Positions 30,314-38,024 of a DNA stretch of 38,024 nucleotides are shown piece after piece. The DNA comes from Seison nebaliae. Taxonomy: Eukaryota. The stretch covers positions 1-38,024 of the forward strand of contig JALJEE010002390.1 in assembly GCA_023231475.1 (NCBI GenBank). Direction: 5' to 3'. Each line of letters starts with the position of its first letter. The first letter of the stretch is position 1. Position numbers and translations under genes: made by a program. Under the pieces are notes generated by a model, which was given only the letters and a program-made list of their open reading frames with translations, did no database searches and had not been told where the DNA came from.

Positions 30314-33300
30314 GATTACATCATTTTTGTAATTTGATTCGAAAGAAATCACTTTTAATAAATTATTTTCCAATTAATCCAATTAATACGACTAAACTTT
30401 AAAGGCTTATTCGAATTTCTCGAATGATTTCCAGGAGAAAATGTCGAACGATCATTTGATATGGTGGAAGGAAAGAATACTTATCAGGTATACTTGTATG
30501 GTAAATTAGGTATTAGGTATACTAAAGGAAATAAAACAAGAAAAATTGAAGACGATTTTTTTTCAATTGATCAATTGAACTGAAATAAGAACTGAATTCA
30601 GTTAAGATTTGATGATGAGAAGAGATATATGTTTAATAAAATCCAAATTTACAGAATGAGAAGTGATCCATCAATGAAAGAATGTTTTTTGGGAAAGTAT
30701 GCACATAAACATAATCTGTATTTGCTGTGCATAATACGTATGAATTCTTACTACGATGCACGCAACATAAAATTTAGAAGGACGTGAAAGAAATTTTGAA
30801 AGAAGAATTTGTTTTTTTTGTATATTTAGATAATCTTTTTGGATAGTTTATTTGTAAATTACATAAAATTAGGTTGGTGAGAATATGATTGTAGACGGTC
30901 CACGCCATCTATTTTATCTATTCAAGGAAATTATAGAATTGGAGAATGTTTATTCCGTACTTATATTTGTCATAAGGCATATATTAGGGGCATGGTGGTG
31001 GAAGAAGGGAGGAGGGAAGCAAATTAATAATTAATGTACTGGAGATTCGTATGTTTAAAATTTCTCTAAAGATATTCTTTAATCCCGAGTTCTTCCTTCG
31101 ACTAATTCACGTGGATTCTTTTATTAACAGAATTTTTGTTTGTCAGATAAACAGGCGGACAATTGGGAGAATTCCTCGTTCTTTCTACGTCCAATTAATT
31201 TGCTTCATGTTAATTTGTCTTTCAGATGAACTGATAAACAAATGAAAGTGAATGAATATTAACATTTTCCTATAACTTATTTGATCTTTTCCAATTACCT
31301 ATCCGATTAGCATTGATTTAATAATTCTCGTTTGACGTATTGAAAGAAGAAGAAGAAAAAGAAGAAGGGGTAGTGTTCATCTTAAATGACGTGTGCATTT
31401 CGTGATATTTGAAGTAAAGTCGTTCGTTCCTTCTACATGATATTTTCTCCCATAACATCTTACCGAACTAGATGGTAGCTCGTTCTTATTATTGTGTGAA
31501 TTCATGCAAAGATTAAACACATTTTACTTTATTAAATTGAAATGAATGATTTAGGGTAAGGAGAACTATATTTCTTTTTCCACAATCACTTTTATATTCC
31601 ATCAATATTTTCCTTATTAATAATAATATCATTTTTAATTTAAACTTTTATTTCGTTTAATTTCCTTTCATCTAAACATTTCAATTCTTTTCCAATTTTC
31701 TCATTACTAATTTCATAAAACTCGCTGACGAGTTAGAATCAATCGTTCGAATTTGAGAGTTCGGACGACATCAGGAGAACTTTTAGTCGTTCCATCGAGT
31801 GTCCAATATATTGGACCGATGTGAATGAAATAATCGATCTAATTCGAAATTAATGGAATTAGATCGAGCAAGAATCGTTTAGTCATTCTCCATTTTATGT
31901 TTTTACACCAATTTAATCATTTAGTTCATGACCCCAACCTTCTCCATAAACAAAATCTATTTACTAAATTATTCGATGTGAAGCACCATTTGGAGAATAT
32001 CATTTGAAAAAAAAGTGGTACGGAAATTTTTCAGAAAAACATGAATTTCTCAATTAATTCTATACTCTTAATATAATCATCTTGTCAATATAATTCCAGA
32101 ATACAACTAGTAAACCCAACAGAATGTTGATATTCCGGTTTTCTTCTAATTAGGTTAATGTAATTCGATAATTTTTAAACAATTAACTTCTTTTTCTCTT
32201 CTCCATCTCAACTCAATTTTATTTACGTCATAACTATTATTATTGAATTTTATAATTAAAACAAAAAATTATGAATTTGTTCGATTACGAAAAAGTAACT
32301 TTTAATCGTCCAAATGAGGATTGGTTTGCTTCGACAAGAAATGAGACGATTGAGAGATGTTTATATGATTTCATGTTATCTAACATAGTCTCTAAATTTT
32401 CATGTAAAGTACTGATAATGGAGGTTAGGTTGAAGGGAAATGGAACAAGTAGAAACTAATGATTGAGAAGGAGTAAATCTATGTTCATTTTTAGTTGAAT
32501 GCCTCCCAGTGTCTCTTGAGCAGTAACTAGACAGAAAAAATAGACTTTCTTCTTTTTGAAAGTAGAAACTTTTCCGCGTAAGAAAAAAATTGAACGTTAT
32601 TGTCGTCATTCATCCGATGGGATCATCGAGGAGGGTAGAATCGTGAATGCATATCATCTCCATCTAAATAATTTTAGTGGGTGGTACTGTTTCTTTGTCA
32701 CATTCGAAAATGGGTGTAATTCGTTGACCACCAAACATTATACGGATGATCTCATCTTACAGGAATTATGGAGCTACTTCTTATTATACCAACGAATTAA
32801 TTCCTTTTGAATGTCAGGGTCAAAGAAATTTTTAGTTGATCTTCTTTTCTATCCGAATGACTAGTGAAGATGAAAATAATTTTCGGCATTTTCATTCTTC
32901 TTCCAACCGATTGATTGTTGACTATTTGTTGGAAACAATTTCTGTTTATTTACCTTTCCAAATATCTAAATTAGATATCGGAATAAAACATAATGCCCAA
33001 TTGACAATCGTATGCTTCGTTTAGATGAAGTCACATTATTTTGTTGAAATTTATTGATGTCAATGTTATGCAAAAAATAAAGGACAGTTAAGTTATTATG
33101 ATATCAAATAATTTTCCGTGCATATAGCGACAATTAATTTTGATTTCGGCCCATCTTTTTTTCAATGTTCCTCTTTCTCATCGAATTAGTATCGATGTCC
33201 ATTATCTATTCAATTCATTTCTACCCGAAATTTTCGCGTGACGAAATTAAGGAACTATAAAATGAGGGAAGGAATTATAGAACTCAATTCGTTTGACAAC

Positions 33301-34189
33301 AGCTTCATCTGTTCACCTATACGAATAAGTCGTTTGTTCGAATTACATCCCACTGGTACGTATGGAGCATATATAGTTCTTGGTTTTAAATGAAAAAATT
33401 AAGAATATCTTTCATCATTTTACGTATCATAATCATCAAATAAAATTTAATTCTAATATTACTAGTTTAAATGATACTGTCTATGAATAGTGGACGAATG
33501 ATGAAAGTAATATCGTTCTTTCTGGTGTCGCTATGTGAAGGGAGAAGGGGAGAAAGAAGATGACATTTTCAAAGATATCAATGAATAAAATTTCATTAGT
33601 AAATGTCTAAACAGAAACATATTATGTATTCGATTACAGTTTAAAATTTCTATTACATCCTTCTCCTTCCATCTTCTTCTGCCAGGTAGTTCGATATAAT
33701 AATAAAGTTATTTATTCGATTAACATCAATAAAAGGGAAATATGGTGGAAGTAACCAACCGATAAATTGAAGGTATGACACATATCGTTTTCGTCAGGAG
33801 AAGAATATTGAAATGTTGTTTGTTTGATTAAAAGGAAGTAGATTCGTCCATAAATATTGTGGATCTGATTAGAAAGATTGAGATTGAGATAACATAGATA
33901 GATAAATATCGACTCACTTTATTCCGTTTCATAAAAATTTACATAATTTTGATGGGAATTACAGATAATTGTGAATTATCTCACTCTAGTATGTAGTTGT
34001 TATTAGGGAGATACGTAAATGCACAATTATCTTAGATTTGAGTTATCTTTTACATTGTATTATTCATTTTGTTTATTCATTATTCGTTCTTTATCATCCT
34101 TATTAATTCCCAAAACAATAAGTTCGTTAATTATTGACATTATTCCAAAACAGAAATGTTCTTTTCTTCATGAAAGTAGTTTATGAGTT

Positions 34190-36067
34190 ATGATGATTGG
34201 AAAATTTCCATTTTTGTTCATTCTTGTGCACAATTCATACGTCCATTCCGCTCCAAACATTCAAGTAACAATGCCAAATGATGACAACTACCACAATACT
34301 ACTCAGTCTCAATCGGAGAATATTCCAAAGATTATTGCCTTATCCATCATTCTAATTCTATTATGTTTGGTGACGATTTTCGGCAATTTAATCGTTCTCA
34401 TTAGCATCGCAACTCAGAAACGATTACAAACCGTTTGATTTATTATTATTTATTATTCATCATTTTCATTCAATTATATAGGTGGGAAATCTTTTCATTG
34501 TCAGTTTAGCATCAGCCGATATGATTGTTGGAACATTTGTGATGCCATTAGCAGCATTATATCTGATTTTGGGTGAATGGGTTCTTGGGAAATTGATGTG
34601 CAATTTATGGTTATCAATCGATTATACAGCGAGTACTGCAAGTATTTTTGCTTTGTTACTTCTCTGTATTGATCGTTATACGACAATTAATTATCCTTTG
34701 AAATCTCTAAGTAATCGAACTAATAAAAGAGCGTTAATCATGATAAGGTTTCTATCTTCATTTATTTCAATCAATTCTTCATCATAAATTTTAGTATCAC
34801 CTGGCTCATCTCATCGTTGTGGGTTCTCCCGATAAATTTATGGAATATATCAACTATTCCGATGGATGAGAAGAGAATGAATAATTCTCTCAATAAAACG
34901 ATGAAAAGACAATGTTCTGCACCTTATGATAATAATGCATTGTTCAAATTATTAACTGCTGTAGGTAATTTCTTCGTTCCACTCATCACAATGATTGGAT
35001 TGTATGGGAAGATTTATTGTATCATTTATAATCGATCAAAAGTTCTACGATCAAATGATTTCACCAATAACGATAAAAACTTGTCAGTCGTGAGATCATT
35101 AACTGGGAAATATGAGAATATTCTTCAGAAGACACGAAGGAAAACTTCAGATACGAAGAAACCTCTTGTGAGACGATTAACCTTTCAAGCATGTTCACGA
35201 GCGACAATCATTCGAAGTGATTATAGTACGAGTAACGACTTTTCCAAAGTAGAAATAAATGGTAAAAGTAAAAGATGTGAAGAATTGACAGTGAGAGAAT
35301 GGAAACAATTATCCATCGAATTAAGAAAGAAAGTTCTATTGAGAATGATCGTAGAAGAAACAAGACAACAGAATGAAAGAAATTACAAAAAGAAACTTTG
35401 GAAACATTTCAAAAATCGTTTATCATTCAATTCTTTCAATAATTCCAAGAAATATTCAGCATCTTTAGAAACGTCTCGTCGAACATTCTCCAATAGTTCC
35501 ATTCTAATGCTCCTGCCAAAATCTTCGGGAAATCGTCTATTTTCCCACAAACTCTCACCTTCAATTCCCAATTCTTTCAACTATCCAAATATTGCCCAAA
35601 AAACTTTATCTTATCCAAATTTATCGATTCAAGATACAGTTATTCCAAAAGCCAAACGTAAACCAACAATGCGACAAATAAGTTTATTCACCGAAATGGA
35701 TGAAGGAAAATCCGTTAAAAGAGGTTTCCACTCGAAATTGAGAAAGAGTTTCGAGACAAAATCAACTGGAAATCTACTTCAATTAAACACGTCGTCGATG
35801 CATCTGATATCGCCGGATGTGAAAGCTGCACGACAACTTGGTTTAATATTATTCGTTTTCACCGTTTGTTGGTTACCGTATTTCATCTTATTTATGATCG
35901 TTGCTATGATTCCTGATCACAGTTCTTCATTAACATCCGCCTTATCGATAACTGTTTGGTTTGGCTATTTGAATTCCACCTTCAATTGCTTCTTGTATCC
36001 ATTGAGCAATAAACAATTCCATATTGCTTTCTTACAATTATTCTCAATTAAACCGCAAAGAAAATGA
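34190..36067 (+). CDS. Histamine H1-like aminergic GPCR, ~593 aa, 3 exons: 34190-34432, 34482-34747, 34795-36067
   Basis: LQTVGNLFIVSLASADMIVG..VMP, WLSIDYTASTASIF..L.LCIDRY, FKLLTAVGNFFVP, KAARQLGLI...F..CWLPYFILFM and WFGYLNSTFN.FLYPL.N closely follow the H1-receptor pattern. Introns of 49 and 47 nt. The start could instead be ATG 34271. Confidence 0.85.
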
Positions 36068-36182
36068 AGAATTCTTAATAATTTATATTTATAGAATTAT
36101 CGTAATATTCCGGTGAGGGTAATTCTTCCACAAAACTTGTATAATTTCATTTTTTCATCATATATATACATTCATTCATTTC

Positions 36183-38024
36183 TTAGGATAATTCTCTCGT
36201 TTCATCATCATTCATTTTCCACATTGTTACTGGTAATAAATTTTTTACAATTTCATCAATTTCAAAATTATGAAAATCTTATGAAACATGAACTGTTAAA
36301 ACATTTTTTTCAATTCTTTAAAGGAAAATTTATTTCTTGTAATTATTATCTAATGAAAATTAGTTAATTTCACTTTCATTTTGAACAATCTCTTCATCAT
36401 CCACCTTCTCATCAACAACTTCCTCTCGATGAGGGAAGATACACATTAATAAACATTTCGTCTTTCCAGTCAACAAGTTCAATCGGTCAATATTCGTAGG
36501 AAATAACCATTTGACATATCGTTCAAGTTCCAATTCGGAAAGTTTCTCATCGTATTGTTTAATCGTTTCCAAAAACTTTTCCTTCGTCAAATGACTGTAA
36601 TGAGAATGTTAATTAATATTTAACAATTATAATCAAAACTTTTCATTTTGAAAATATTTCTCGAAATAATTGTTGACATATTTATTTTTTTCAGTAAAAA
36701 TTTGTTCAAGGAATGTTGAATGAAAATCTGGCAAACGGTCATCATCTTCCTACGAAAAAATAAAATTAGTTTTTTATTCAAATTTTTGAACTTCAACGAA
36801 AATTTGTTGGAACGGAATTTGTGCATTCATTTCCGTCTCATTGAATTTTTCCTTTAAAATTTCGGTCAATTTTCTGGTATCCGTCATCGATTTCTCGGGG
36901 AAGGCTTTCATAATAATATCTTGCACTGATTTCAATTGTAAAGTTTTCTCCTTGATTGATATTGTGAGATAAATAAAAATGATTATTAAGATGAACTTGT
37001 TCGGCTGATTTCGGTCTCAATAAAGATTTTTCTTCTTCCAACAACTGTTCTTCGAGATAAACAAGACAATTTTTGAAATGATAATAAGAATATTCTTCTT
37101 CTTTGTCGTTAGAGATACGCCAAAATAATTGAAGGAAAACATTATTTTTAAGTCTCTTACATGTAACATTAATATTATATGTCCATTCCAATGCCATTGA
37201 TTCGCTGGGAAATTTCGACTTGGAATAATTCCAATAATGTTCAACAAAATCTTCGATGGATGATCGATTTTTAATTCGTTCAATCCAAAATTGTTTAATG
37301 AAATAATGTGCATCTCGTTGGGATAATCGACGATTATAAATAGAATCAGTCGTTTTCAGGAAAATTGGAACATTTTGTTCTGTCTCCTAAAAGATTGAAT
37401 TTTTGGAAATAAAAAATAATTGAATATAAAATTAAAACATTCGGCTGGAATTGTTGTTGTGGATGAGTTTCTATCGATGTCAAATCATTCAACAAATTAT
37501 CTAAAAGGACAATAGATGAATCGTTTTCAACAGCTTTTTTCCATTCCTGTTTATTGGAAAACATTTCCCCATATTTATCCCATTGTGGTCTATTCGTATA
37601 AGAATTTCAGTATAAGAATCAAAACTTCAAATAACCTTGGAGTAGATGTTCTTTTCAATGTTTCACTTTCATTATAATATTCATCTCGCTCAGTTGTTAA
37701 TGTGTCCACTGCAGTTATCAGACGACTGAAAAGATGTTTGAAAATTTTTAAAAATTTTCCATTTCGAAAAACTCCAACTCATTCTCTGTAGTTATCTCAT
37801 CAACATGTTCCTTTACCAATTTGACTTCTTCATTTAAGTCATTGAAATTTTTTGAAAGTTCTTCGAATTCACTTTTTGGAACGACATTTCGGTATTCAGT
37901 TTCCATACGGATCACTTTGTCAACGGTTCGATTGAGATCTTCTCGACATTTTCTTCAAAAAAATATATGTTATATTCATAACCTATTCACGACTAATAAA
38001 CTGTAGTGCTATTTTCAATAGTTT
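36183..38024 (-). CDS. TSNAXIP1: Translin-associated factor X-interacting protein 1, 3' portion (5' end beyond window), 8-9 exons in window
   Basis: The spliced minus-strand product reads KLLKIALQKCREDL...ME.EY.NVVPKSEFE, ERDELY.E...LKRTSTPR, VPIFLK, MALEWTYN and FLEQIF.EK, matching recalled TSNAXIP1 motifs. Seven GTT..AG introns. The 3' end is uncertain: stop at 36360, or a further exon ending at 36183. Confidence 0.8.

Noticed and set aside
24035..30520. TTAGGTA repeats as interstitial telomeric sequence
   Set aside because: Only 2-3.5 copies at two sites, and the unit is not a telomere repeat I can vouch for.
32773..33020. Minus-strand spliced peptide YDCQLGIINCF...KRR resembling an allatostatin-C-like C-x6-C motif
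   Set aside because: It needs two hypothetical introns and I could find no upstream start or signal-peptide exon, so it is probably chance.

Overview
Very AT-rich, gene-dense eukaryotic DNA from a compact-genome invertebrate animal. It is probably a protostome, given the beta-adrenergic-like octopamine receptor; a finer taxon cannot be established from the window. The ORF track is fragmented because most genes are split by tiny (41-76 nt) introns, which I reconstructed by hand. From left to right: a decayed DNA transposase (Chapaev/CMC-like) and a LINE RT fragment; a hidden 3-exon secreted prepropeptide gene; an intronless 4840-aa LRP1-like receptor; a 3-exon hypothetical gene; a 13-exon DEG/ENaC channel; a divergent 7TM protein; MRPL20 head-to-head with TBCCD1; an octopamine-beta-type GPCR; a histamine-H1-like GPCR; and the 3' part of TSNAXIP1 on the minus strand. 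The most striking signal is the splice code. Of 39 reconstructed introns in 7 genes, 37 start GTT unambiguously and the other two have an in-frame GTT alternative, instead of the usual metazoan GTRAGT, and positions +4 to +6 are essentially unconstrained. This suggests a rewired 5' splice-site recognition system. All gene models and family calls are manual, from motif recall, and not database-verified.
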